From: the human T2T-CHM13v2.0 reference genome, Homo sapiens
DNA: 64,000 nt
Strand: one strand, 5' to 3'
NCBI RefSeq assembly: GCF_009914755.1
Contig: NC_060941.1
In this document: piece after piece, positions 1-64,000 of the stretch
How positions within the stretch are numbered: position 1 is the stretch's first letter
How the letters are laid out: each line of letters starts with the position of its first letter
Program-made: the position numbers and the translations under genes
Notes under the pieces: model-generated
Seen by the model: the letters and a program-made list of their open reading frames with translations, nothing else
Databases searched by the model: none
What the model was told of the DNA's origin: nothing

Positions 1-626
1 TTTCCAGGGATTTCCCCTCACACATGAGTTATTCCAGTGGACAGGGCAGCCTCATGGGTGCCTGTGGAGGGTGAAGGGTCTGCCTGGCCGTAGGTGTGAT
101 CACACACTCCCGTTGTAACCCCTGTCTCCTGTGACACTTGCTGCCCCACGATTTAGCTGCTTTGTGTTCCGTGCCTCCTGTTTGCTGGTGAACTCCTGAG
201 TTGGGGGGCGTCATTCCCTCCACTGTAGTTCTTCCGTGATGCTGACTCCACCCACGGTCAGCACCACTCGGAAATACTTCACAGTCCTGTAGAGGAAGAC
301 AGGTCCAGGTTTCCAGTTACCCTTCTATGTCTGGATACTCTGCTCATTCACTGAAGCCAGGCCCCTTCCTGCACTTATGCCTCTACCCAGATAATGAGTT
401 CTACCCACTGATGACCTCCTCTCCTCTAGTAACAGTCCGCCTCCCTAATGAGCATCTCTGGCTGACACACGTTCCGTTCTCCAGGCCTGTGAGCCCTGGT
501 CCCTCGCTGTTGCTGAGCCACAGCACCCGCCCTTCTGGCCTCACTTTAGAGCACTGTCATTTCAGAGCAGACTACGCGCGGGGTGGCCAGGTGAAATGCA
601 GCTGACGGCTCTGCGACCAAATGTGA

Positions 627-3469
<2,843 letters not shown>

Positions 3470-3826
3470 GCTGGGGGGCTGGGGAGGGGTAGGGGGAATG
3501 GGGACAGGCACTTTCCCCCTTGGGGGTCCCCTGCCCAGGGCACTGTCCCCATTTTCCCACACACAGCTCATATGCTGCATTCGTGCAGGGGGTGGGGGTG
3601 CTGGGAGCCAGCCACCCTGACCTCCCCCAGGGCTCCTCCCCAGCCGGTGACTTACTGTACAGCAGGCAGGAGGGTGGGCAGGCAACCTCCCCGGGCAGGG
3701 TCCTGGCCAGCAGTGTGGGAGCAGGAGGGGAAGGATAGTTCTGTGTACTCCTTTAGGGAGTGGGGGACTAGAACTGGGATGTCTTGGCTTGTATGTTTTT
3801 TGAAGCTTCGATTATGATTTTTAAAC

Positions 3827-3832
3827 AATAAA
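3827..3832 (+). terminator. PSMD3: PSMD3 polyadenylation signal
   Basis: AATAAA about 360 nt after the stop, with T-rich sequence upstream and GT-rich sequence downstream. Confidence 0.85.
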
Positions 3833-4087
3833 AAGTTCTCCACAGTGCTTTGTGCATCAGTTACTATACTTCACTGCAGTATTGGCAGGCTCAGATTTTG
3901 GGTTTTTTGGCCTTAGAGTACTAGCCCCAGGTGTGTAATCTGAGGGCGATGGGTCTGCAGATGGGGAGGTGCCCAGGGGAGGATGAAGGGACCCTGACCT
4001 GGGGTCGGGGGCCTAGGTTTACTCTCTTTTCGTACTTGTGTGGCTTTGGTAAGGTCTTGTTAGGAAAGGTGTACCATGTGTCCATCA

Positions 4088-10323
<6,236 letters not shown>

Positions 10324-10823
10324 TATTCATAATTTCCATTAAATACAGGTTTTGGCCTGGCCTTGCTCTGGCTTCTGATCATACTCCAGCCCTGGTCACA
10401 ATATTTGGCATCACTACCTTCCTTTAATCTTCAGCTGCCTTTCGGTAAAATGAAACTCCTAAAGTTGACTTTGCAAAACAACACTTCTCCTGTGTTTCCC
10501 AAACCCGCCCTTCAATCTCTGTGGCAGATGTTTTGATCCTAGCGTCCGGATTCTTCATCTATTTTTAGGGCTCCAATCCTTGCCCCATTTTAACCTTTGA
10601 TTTTGCAAACCAATCCCAAAACCTTCTCATAGATCTTTGATTCCCTTCCAGGAAGGGTGTGGTGGGAGGACTACGGTTAAGCACCTCCTCCGTGTCCTTT
10701 TAGGATGTGAGGACAGGTTCAGGTGGGTTAAATGAGTCCTGCAGTTGAACCCAGGCTGACCTGATACCAAGTTCAATGCGCCTTCTCTCAGGCTGTGCTG
10801 CCTTCTTCCGGCCTCAGCTTGGA

Positions 10824-11312
10824 TGTATTAGTCAGGGTCCTCTAGAGGGACAGAACTAATACAATAGTTGTATATATAAAGGGGAGTTTAAGGAGTATTG
10901 ACTCACGCAACAGGCCGTCTGCAAGCTGAGGAGCAAGGAAGCCAGTCCGCATCCCAAAACCTCAAAAGTAGGGAAGGTAACAGTGCAGCCTTCAGTCTGT
11001 GGTCAAAGGTCCAAACGTCCCAAAGCTGAAGAACTTAGAGTCCAGCGTTCAAGGGCAGGAAGCATCCAGCACGGGAGAAAGATGGAGGCCAGAAGACTCA
11101 GCCAGTCTGGTCTTTCCATGCTCTTCTGCCTGCTTTTTATTCTGCCTGCTCTGGCAGCTGATTAGATTGTGCTCACCCCAATTGAGGTCTACCTTTCCCA
11201 GTCCTCTGACTCAAATATTAATCTCCTTTGGCAACACCCTCACAGACACACCCAGGATCAATACTTTGTATCCTTCAATCCAATCAAGTTGACACTCAAT
11301 ATTAACCATCAC
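10824..11312 (-). mobile_element. MLT2A-type solo LTR (HERV-L)
   Basis: Plus strand reads tgtattagtcagggtcctctagagggacagaactaat...caatcaagttgacactcaatattaaccatcac, the reverse complement of the MLT2A consensus ends as I recall them. Confidence 0.85.
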
Positions 11313-11735
11313 TCTGGGGTTCTGTTATCCAGTCAGTCTTCATTTGTCTTTGGGTCTCCATGTAGCAGTCCTTCTGGCCCTTGACAGCTTTCCATGACTT
11401 CAAAAGCCAACTTTTCTTGAGTGTGTGATCCGAAGACATACACATGGCAGGCACAGCTGCCTGAAGCCCTTTCCAGCCTGTTCAATGTTTGTAGCTGTAA
11501 TGAGCATTCTTCCTGAGGAGCCCAGCCTCACAAGAGGTTATAAATCTTCAGCCTTGGTTGTAAGTGACCGGAGAGAGTTTATCACCCTCTTCCAGAGAGC
11601 TGAGGTCATTCGCCATGATTCCCTGGTTCTTGCCCACATAAGGTCTATGGGCCATTTTTCCGTCTGCTCACTGTCTAGAGGCTTCTTCATCCACTGTCTG
11701 GATGAACCTTGTTGGCGTGGCTTCTAATTTCCTGA

Positions 11736-15919
<4,184 letters not shown>

Positions 15920-16622
15920 TCAGGTCTGCGTACTCCTGCTCTGAGGCATACCTGAGAAGTAGAGTTGCTTGGTCACAGGACATACACATTTCCACATTAA
16001 CTAGACACTACCAAGTTGCCATCCAAGGAGGTTTTTTTTTTACAATCTACACTCCCCCCAGCAACAAATGAGAGTTACTCCAGATCCTTTACAAAGATGC
16101 TCTAAGCCCAGTACCAGATGAAAACAGGAAGTGGGAGGGGAAGCTGCCAGCCCCTTCTAACCATGAAGAAATACCTGGTAGAGCCTTCTGGATGCTGGAA
16201 GGATGAATAACGGGGGTCTCTGGAGCCTGCCCCCTGTCAGATCACTGTGACTTCTGAGCCTCCAGTCCAGCTCAGCCCCATGTGTCATGGCCAGTGATAA
16301 TGAGCCCTCACTCTCTGTTTGGTCTTTATTCTCCCCCATGTGGGGCTGAAGTCTGGATTGAGCCGTTATTCAAGATGTACAGCTTTCTTGACAGGAAAGT
16401 AGTGTCACAGAAACAGCAGGGGCTTGGCAAGATGATCTAACTGCAAATCCTACCTGGCTCAGCCACCAGCTAGTTCTGTGATCTTGAACAAGTTTTTCCA
16501 CTTCTCTGAGGCCATCCCTTGGCTACAACACACCAGTTGGTTGACAGGATGAAATGACGAAAGTGCCTTACACCTGTAATCCCAGCACTTTGGGAGGCCA
16601 AGGCGGGTGGATGGCTTGAGCC

Positions 16623-20467
<3,845 letters not shown>

Positions 20468-21106
20468 TCACGTGTCCCAATCCCGCAGTTCCAAAGCCCT
20501 TGGGGACCCTACTGTCAGGGTCGTGCACGAGGAGGTGAAGGTCAGGTGAGCCAATCGCCTCGAAGGGTCTTGCCTCATTCGGGACAGACATCCGGTTTCC
20601 TCTGGCTCTACCGGGATTCTAGGGGCTTTAGCCGAATGAGTCATGGGGGGCGGGGGGGTTTCTGGGGGAGTTCCCAGCTAATCAACTTGGGACAGGACAG
20701 CCTGGAACTTTCGATGGTGCCTATCCAAGTGTGGGGTGGGCACAGCAGCCAAGACCCAATGTCCTTATCTCAGGTAGGGGCTCAGGAGGTCTCCCAGACA
20801 GGCAGCCTCCGGAGAGTTTGGGGGTAGGAATGGGAGCAACCAGCTTCTTTTTTTCTCTCTTAGAATTTGGGGGCTTGGGGGACAGGCTTGAGAATCCCAA
20901 AGGAGAGGGGCAAAGGACACTGCCCCCGCAAGTCTGCCAGAGCAGAGAGGGAGACCCCGACTCAGCTGCCACTTCCCCACAGGCTGCTGCCGCTTCCAGG
21001 CGTCTATCAGCGGCTCAGCCTTTGTTCAGCTGTTCTGTTCAAACACTCTGGGGCCATTCAGGCCTGGGTGGGGCAGCGGGAGGAAGGGAGTTTGAGGGGG
21101 GCAAGG

Positions 21107-21287
21107 CGACGTCAAAGGAGGATCAGAGATTCCACAATTTCACAAAACTTTCGCAAACAGCTTTTTGTTCCAACCCCCCTGCATTGTCTTGGACACCAAA
21201 TTTGCATAAATCCTGGGAAGTTATTACTAAGCCTTAGTCGTGGCCCCAGGTAATTTCCTCCCAGGCCTCCATGGGGTTATGTATAAA
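21107..21287 (+). promoter_or_regulatory. CSF3: CSF3 proximal promoter
   Basis: CRE-like CGACGTCA 21107-21114; CK-1/NF-kB decamer GAGATTCCAC 21126-21135; C/EBP-type sites 21137-21145 and 21149-21156; octamer ATTTGCAT 21200-21207; TATAAA 21282-21287. Confidence 0.9.
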
Positions 21288-21349
21288 GGGCCCCCTAGAG
21301 CTGGGCCCCAAAACAGCCCGGAGCCTGCAGCCCAGCCCCACCCAGACCC

Positions 21350-22835
21350 ATGGCTGGACCTGCCACCCAGAGCCCCATGAAGCTGATGGGTGAGTGTCTT
21401 GGCCCAGGATGGGAGAGCCGCCTGCCCTGGCATGGGAGGGAGGCTGGTGTGACAGAGGGGCTGGGGATCCCCGTTCTGGGAATGGGGATTAAAGGCACCC
21501 AGTGTCCCCGAGAGGGCCTCAGGTGGTAGGGAACAGCATGTCTCCTGAGCCCGCTCTGTCCCCAGCCCTGCAGCTGCTGCTGTGGCACAGTGCACTCTGG
21601 ACAGTGCAGGAAGCCACCCCCCTGGGCCCTGCCAGCTCCCTGCCCCAGAGCTTCCTGCTCAAGTGCTTAGAGCAAGTGAGGAAGATCCAGGGCGATGGCG
21701 CAGCGCTCCAGGAGAAGCTGGTGAGTGAGGTGGGTGAGAGGGCTGTGGAGGGAAGCCCGGTGGGGAGAGCTAAGGGGGATGGAACTGCAGGGCCAACATC
21801 CTCTGGAAGGGACATGGGAGAATATTAGGAGCAGTGGAGCTGGGGAAGGCTGGGAAGGGACTTGGGGAGGAGGACCTTGGTGGGGACAGTGCTCGGGAGG
21901 GCTGGCTGGGATGGGAGTGGAGGCATCACATTCAGGAGAAAGGGCAAGGGCCCCTGTGAGATCAGAGAGTGGGGGTGCAGGGCAGAGAGGAACTGAACAG
22001 CCTGGCAGGACATGGAGGGAGGGGAAAGACCAGAGAGTCGGGGAGGACCCGGGAAGGAGCGGCGACCCGGCCACGGCGAGTCTCACTCAGCATCCTTCCA
22101 TCCCCAGTGTGCCACCTACAAGCTGTGCCACCCCGAGGAGCTGGTGCTGCTCGGACACTCTCTGGGCATCCCCTGGGCTCCCCTGAGCAGCTGCCCCAGC
22201 CAGGCCCTGCAGCTGGTGAGTGTCAGGAAAGGATAAGGCTAATGAGGAGGGGGAAGGAGAGGAGGAACACCCATGGGCTCCCCCATGTCTCCAGGTTCCA
22301 AGCTGGGGGCCTGACGTATCTCAGGCAGCACCCCCTAACTCTTCCGCTCTGTCTCACAGGCAGGCTGCTTGAGCCAACTCCATAGCGGCCTTTTCCTCTA
22401 CCAGGGGCTCCTGCAGGCCCTGGAAGGGATCTCCCCCGAGTTGGGTCCCACCTTGGACACACTGCAGCTGGACGTCGCCGACTTTGCCACCACCATCTGG
22501 CAGCAGGTGAGCCTTGTTGGGCAGGGTGGCCAAGGTCGTGCTGGCATTCTGGGCACCACAGCCGGGCCTGTGTATGGGCCCTGTCCATGCTGTCAGCCCC
22601 CAGCATTTCCTCATTTGTAATAACGCCCACTCAGAAGGGCCCAACCACTGATCACAGCTTTCCCCCACAGATGGAAGAACTGGGAATGGCCCCTGCCCTG
22701 CAGCCCACCCAGGGTGCCATGCCGGCCTTCGCCTCTGCTTTCCAGCGCCGGGCAGGAGGGGTCCTGGTTGCCTCCCATCTGCAGAGCTTCCTGGAGGTGT
22801 CGTACCGCGTTCTACGCCACCTTGCCCAGCCCTGA
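21350..22835 (+). CDS. CSF3: Granulocyte colony-stimulating factor (G-CSF) precursor
   Basis: Exons 21350-21389, 21566-21720 (or -21729), 22108-22215, 22360-22506 and 22671-22835 give 615 nt (204 aa) or 624 nt (207 aa): MAGPATQSPMKLMALQLLLWHSALWTVQEA-TPLGPASSLPQSFLLKCLEQ...VLRHLAQP*. Confidence 0.99.
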
Positions 22836-22858
22836 GCCAAGCCCTCCCCATCCCATGT

Positions 22859-22903
22859 ATTTATCTCTATTTAATATTTATGTCTATTTAAGCCTCATAT
22901 TTA
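22859..22903 (+). promoter_or_regulatory. CSF3: AU-rich element in the CSF3 3' UTR
   Basis: Five ATTTA pentamers at 22859, 22869, 22876, 22886 and 22899. Confidence 0.9.
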
Positions 22904-23183
22904 AAGACAGGGAAGAGCAGAACGGAGCCCCAGGCCTCTGTGTCCTTCCCTGCATTTCTGAGTTTCATTCTCCTGCCTGTAGCAGTGAGAAAAAGCTCCT
23001 GTCCTCCCATCCCCTGGACTGGGAGGTAGATAGGTAAATACCAAGTATTTATTACTATGACTGCTCCCCAGCCCTGGCTCTGCAATGGGCACTGGGATGA
23101 GCCGCTGTGAGCCCCTGGTCCTGAGGGTCCCCACCTGGGACCCTTGAGAGTATCAGGTCTCCCACGTGGGAGACAAGAAATCC

Positions 23184-23202
23184 CTGTTTAATATTTAAAC
23201 AG
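23184..23202 (+). promoter_or_regulatory. CSF3: Stem-loop destabilising element (SLDE) in the CSF3 3' UTR
   Basis: Perfect hairpin CTGTTTAA-TAT-TTAAACAG (8-bp stem, UAU triloop). Confidence 0.8.
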
Positions 23203-23670
23203 CAGTGTTCCCCATCTGGGTCCTTGCACCCCTCACTCTGGCCTCAGCCGACTGCACAGCGGCCCCTGCATCCCCTTGGCTGTGAGGCCCCTGGACAAGC
23301 AGAGGTGGCCAGAGCTGGGAGGCATGGCCCTGGGGTCCCACGAATTTGCTGGGGAATCTCGTTTTTCTTCTTAAGACTTTTGGGACATGGTTTGACTCCC
23401 GAACATCACCGACGTGTCTCCTGTTTTTCTGGGTGGCCTCGGGACACCTGCCCTGCCCCCACGAGGGTCAGGACTGTGACTCTTTTTAGGGCCAGGCAGG
23501 TGCCTGGACATTTGCCTTGCTGGATGGGGACTGGGGATGTGGGAGGGAGCAGACAGGAGGAATCATGTCAGGCCTGTGTGTGAAAGGAAGCTCCACTGTC
23601 ACCCTCCACCTCTTCACCCCCCACTCACCAGTGTCCCCTCCACTGTCACATTGTAACTGAACTTCAGGAT

Positions 23671-23676
23671 AATAAA
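23671..23676 (+). terminator. CSF3: CSF3 polyadenylation signal
   Basis: AATAAA about 835 nt after the stop. Confidence 0.9.
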
Positions 23677-24995
23677 GTGTTTGCCTCCAGTCACGTCCTT
23701 CCTCCTTCTTGAGTCCAGCTGGTGCCTGGCCAGGGGCTGGGGAGGTGGCTGAAGGGTGGGAGAGGCCAGAGGGAGGTCGGGGAGGAGGTCTGGGGAGGAG
23801 GTCCAGGGAGGAGGAGGAAAGTTCTCAAGTTCGTCTGACATTCATTCCGTTAGCACATATTTATCTGAGCACCTACTCTGTGCAGACGCTGGGCTAAGTG
23901 CTGGGGACACAGCAGGGAACAAGGCAGACATGGAATCTGCACTCGAGCAGCCAAAGCCTGGCAGGGAAGACAGAGGCACAGGGACCATGGGAACCCGGAA
24001 AGGAGAGGGCATGGGGTCTGGGTGGGCTTAACAGGCCAGACACAGCCAGACAAGATGAAGCCAGGGAGTGCTGAGCATCTGCACCAGGCTTGTCATTTAC
24101 CATCTTCCATAAACTTGAGCCCATCCATCAAGTTGCCCACAAAGTGGAAGCCAAGTTCAAGGTGACCACTGGGGTCAGAGCTTCTCTCCTCAGACTCGGT
24201 CTCTGCACTCGCCCCAGCTGGTCACTTCCTGCTTGTGGCAGCCTTGGGCTGAAGAGCGCTAAGCTCACAGCCCAGGAGGGTGGGGAGCTGTGGCAAGCAG
24301 GGGGGGCAGCGACCGCACCACAGGTGTGAGGCCTGCCTGCAGCCAAAGACTCCTGTGTGGCTTTGGGGTACCCCCACCAGTCCCCAGTCCACTATCTGCC
24401 CAAACCTTCTCCTCCTCAGCTCCTCAGTCCCTCCCACCTCCCCTGCCCGTGGCTCCTCGGAAAGCAGGGTCAGAAGTGCCCACTGCCAGCTCGGAGTCAT
24501 CCATCTAGGGGCTCAGAGATGTGTGAGGCAGGCAAGGAAGGGTTAAAGAAAGGTCCGGCCCCTCATCCCCCCGCCTCCCATCCCCCAGTCCTTTTTTGGA
24601 GGCAACAGATCAAATCCCAGGCTAGTCAGAGTGTGGGTGGTGTTGGACCAGGTTCGGGAGACAGCAGAGCAGGCCACCCTGCCCCAGCACTGTGGGGCCC
24701 TGAGCCAAAGCCTCTCCCCTTTCAGGGTACAGCTGGCTTTGGGGGAGGGGGCAGCAGGCCAGCCAACTTGGCTCCAAGGAAGGGAAGCTGCTTTCCCCTG
24801 GCCCTTCCCCAGCTGAGCAAGCCCACATAGGACCCTGAGCCCTGCCGCCTCTGCTCCTCTTCCTCCTCCTCCTCACCACAGGAGTGAGCCGTTCCCTGGC
24901 CACAGCACAGGAGTCCAGGGAGAGGACACTATGCCCTGCCCCGGGTGGCACCAATACCAACAGCACACACAGTCACAAAGGGAGCCACGAGGAGC

Positions 24996-25001
24996 TTTAT
25001 T
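24996..25001 (-). terminator. MED24: MED24 polyadenylation signal
   Basis: TTTATT on plus, which is AATAAA on minus, about 410 nt past the MED24 stop. Confidence 0.85.
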
Positions 25002-25049
25002 TATACATGAACGAAGGTAGATTTCCCTCACATATTACAAAATACACAT

Positions 25050-25051
<2 letters not shown>

Positions 25052-25086
<35 letters not shown>
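25052..25086. repeat. (CA)n microsatellite in the MED24 3' UTR
   Basis: Uninterrupted AC dinucleotide run of about 35 bp. Confidence 0.95.
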
Positions 25087-25095
<9 letters not shown>

Positions 25096-25412
25096 TTTGC
25101 ATCTAGAAAGTTCCTCAGAGGTAAGACTACTCCTGGGCTGGGGCGGGCGCACACAGGGGTGACCACTGGGCTTGTGGTCCAGGTTGCTCACACTCCTCAG
25201 GTGCCAGCAGATGGAGAGGAAATTTTGAAAGAAGAAACCGGGAGACATCCTGGAGGTCAGGAGTCAGGAGCGGGGAACTGGAAGCCGCTAGAGGCTCTTG
25301 CACCATGTGGAGCGGATGTGAGGCACGATGCCTCATCTTTCCTCACTGCTTCCCTTGGAGGCGCCTGGGGCTGCGCCAGTCCCCAGCCCCCACTGCGGCC
25401 ATGCCAAGCCCC

Positions 25413-59483
<34,071 letters not shown>

Positions 59484-59723
59484 TATTTCACTCTGAGCAG
59501 GTGGCAGCGGTGGCGGCCAGCTTTGAGGTGAAAGAAATGGAGCTAAAGAAAAGGACATGAGGTTCTAAGGAGAACCGGGGAAGGCAGAATTAAATAGAAA
59601 GGAGAAGATGCGGGAAGATTTAAGCGAGACAGAGGAATTTGAAAGAAAAAGAGCTAAAGGGATAAAGTAAGATCCTGTCAGACTCTCTCCTCCTGAACCG
59701 CCCTTCCTTAAACTGGGGCACTA

Positions 59724-60058
<335 letters not shown>

Positions 60059-60245
60059 TTAAACAGGGCATCAAGGAGTTAAGGCAGTCCTGGTTGCCTA
60101 ATTACGCCCTTAGCTCTAAAAGCGTCCCTTGGCCACCACCATTCCAAGTCCAGATTTGCTCCCTCATTTCCTCCACCTTCTCCAGCCCTGTAACTATACC
60201 TCCCAATTTCCTTTTCATCCACCACCTCCCCAAATTTAAGCCTAC

Positions 60246-60295
60246 CGCACAATCCAGTTCTAGGTGGTAGGCATCGCCATTTTGGCACTTGTCAA
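60246..60295 (-). other. MED24: Probable non-coding first exon of MED24
   Basis: Donor GCG|GTAGGC at 60246/60245 and a YY1-type CAAAATGGCG. Next acceptor at 59520, 37 nt before the ATG. TSS approximate. Confidence 0.65.
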
Positions 60296-60600
60296 GAAGC
60301 TCACTTTCTATTGGCTGGGAGTAACAAACGCCAACCAATAGAAATGCAGCAAGGAACGCCCCGCTGTCTTCTGGGAATGGTAGTTCCTTGGACTGAAACC
60401 GTATTTGTCTGCGCCGGCGAGGAAACTAAGGGACTCGTCTAGTCGGCCCGCATTGTTCTTCTCCTTTAAGGGAGGACATCCAGGAGCTGAGGCACTACAG
60501 AGACTCAGGGACTCGAGGGAGCTCGAAAGGCCGCTCACAACCCGGCGTCGCCCACGACGTCACTGTCGACCGGGCTTCTCCATCATATTCCGACACCCTT
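60272..60600 (-). promoter_or_regulatory. MED24: MED24 TATA-less, CpG-rich promoter
   Basis: YY1-like motif about 60275-60284; CCAAT boxes 60310-60314 (-) and 60335-60339 (+); ACTACCATTCCCA (ZNF143/THAP11-type, one mismatch) 60372-60384; CRE-like CGACGTCA 60555-60562; local CpG enrichment. Confidence 0.75.
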
Positions 60601-60879
60601 TCATTCGTTAGCCCCTAGTTAGTAGGTGCGGCAAGGGTGTGGCGTGGGGGCAAGGGTGTGGCGTTCAGCAATAAGGTCTTTCTCCTTTCCTGGGCTCTTT
60701 CTGTTCTCCTAAGCCCCTGGAGCTACCAGAGCTATTCTCATTTCCACAACTATATTCTAAAAGCGACACCGAGGTGCCTTAGTTGCACACATATCACCGT
60801 CCCCGAATCTTACAGTCCTATCAGAATCTCCAGGCCCTCCATACAGCTTGGATACAAGGGAAAGTAAAGAGGAAACTAA

Positions 60880-61195
60880 GGTGAAGGTGATCAAAATCAA
60901 AGGAATTCTGAGAAACTGTCACAACTAAGAGGGCTAAGGAGACCTGATGACTAAATGTAATGTGGTTTTCTGAATGCGATCATGGAAGAGAAAAAGAATA
61001 CTGGGTAAAAACTAAGGAAATCTAAATAAAGGGTGGACTTTAATTAATAATAATGTATCAATATTAGTTCATTAGTTGTTACAAATGCATAATACTAATG
61101 CTAAGATGTTAATAAAAAGAGAAATTGGGTGCAGAATATGTGGGGACCCTCTATTACCTTCCATTTTTTTCCTGTAAATTAAAAACTTGTTTTTT
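60880..61195 (+). mobile_element. Old L1 (L1MC-like) 3' fragment
   Basis: ctgagaaactgtcacaactaagagggctaaggagacctgatgactaaatgtaatgtgg...taataataatgtatcaatatt. Confidence 0.65.
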
Positions 61196-61434
61196 TAAGT
61201 TTCTTGTTGTTGTTGTTGTTGTTGTTGTTTAAATCTTGCTTATCCCAAAGATCCATATATAAATTATGCCCAGGGCTTTGGCCATAGCCTTTCCTTCCCC
61301 CAGTGAGAAACCCGAAAGCAAATGTTACCCACCTCTGGAGGCTCCAATGTCTGAGCCTTCTTATGCATAGCCCTCATCCCTCCCCATGCTATGGACTGGT
61401 CATCCCTAACATTTACAACCAGGAATAAGAGTAA

Positions 61435-63398
<1,964 letters not shown>

Positions 63399-64000
63399 CT
63401 ACTTACCCCACTTTCTTTTGCTGTTCATTTCCTCTCAACAGGGACAGGGGCCGAACTCCCATCTCTGCCCTCCTAGTCCTGAGCCCCAACCTCTTTCTTC
63501 ATCTTGTTGCCTACCTTGGCTAGAGAGAGAAGAGGGGAAGGTGGAAGTCAACCAGTCAGAGTGATATGGCAACCCTGGAGAAGTGTCAGAAAAGCAGCTA
63601 GGCCAGAGTGGGGTAAGAGGTGGCAAGGAACAGGGTTCTGGGTACCCAAAGGGAAGGGAACATTCCTTATCTATCTAGGCTAGAAAACAGTATAAAGAAA
63701 AGTGGCAAGAGTCCAGACCCAAAAACCCAGAAACACTGAAATCGTTGGTAAAGCATACAAGGCACAGAGGGTGTCAGCTTCCCTTCTCTCCATAGGGAAA
63801 CTGAGTCATTCCTTTTCCCTAAGTGGAACATTTTCCTCTGGAAGCTTGCCTGGGTCCCCCCACTATGGGCAGCAGGTGGATGGGAAAAGAAAGACAGTCA
63901 CTCCCAAACACTTATACACAGCTGGCTCCAAACCAGTCTCCTCCTCATACCAGTCACCAAATCAAAATCCCTGCTTTCTGTCTATCTGGGGGAGGGAATG

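Noticed and set aside
29-299. Minus-strand acceptor-like site and 64-aa ORF in a PSMD3 intron
   Set aside because: No recognisable homology or partner exon can be seen from sequence alone.

Overview
Human genomic DNA that I recognise as the 17q21.1 PSMD3-CSF3-MED24 locus. It holds the last six coding exons and 3' end of PSMD3 (+), the complete CSF3/G-CSF gene (+; 5 exons, 204/207 aa) and the complete MED24 gene (-). MED24 has 25 coding exons that I spliced by hand to 2970 nt (989 aa + stop), plus a non-coding first exon and promoter near 60.3 kb. MED24 introns host the C/D snoRNA SNORD124 and the mirtron-type MIR6884. The rest is very Alu-rich and includes a near full-length Tigger1 split by about a dozen later insertions, solo LTRs (MLT2A, MST, LTR12C, LTR7) and old L1/L2/MER fragments. 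Almost all long non-exonic ORFs in the track are Alu, LTR or antisense artefacts. I found no new protein-coding system. The best candidate for something under-described is regulatory: a three-level nested element (Alu > LTR12C > inverted LTR7, with both target-site duplications intact) about 2.7 kb upstream of CSF3, and a convergent set of strong CTCF-type motifs that brackets CSF3 and separates it from that cassette. Family and gene names come from recognition of sequence, not from a database search.
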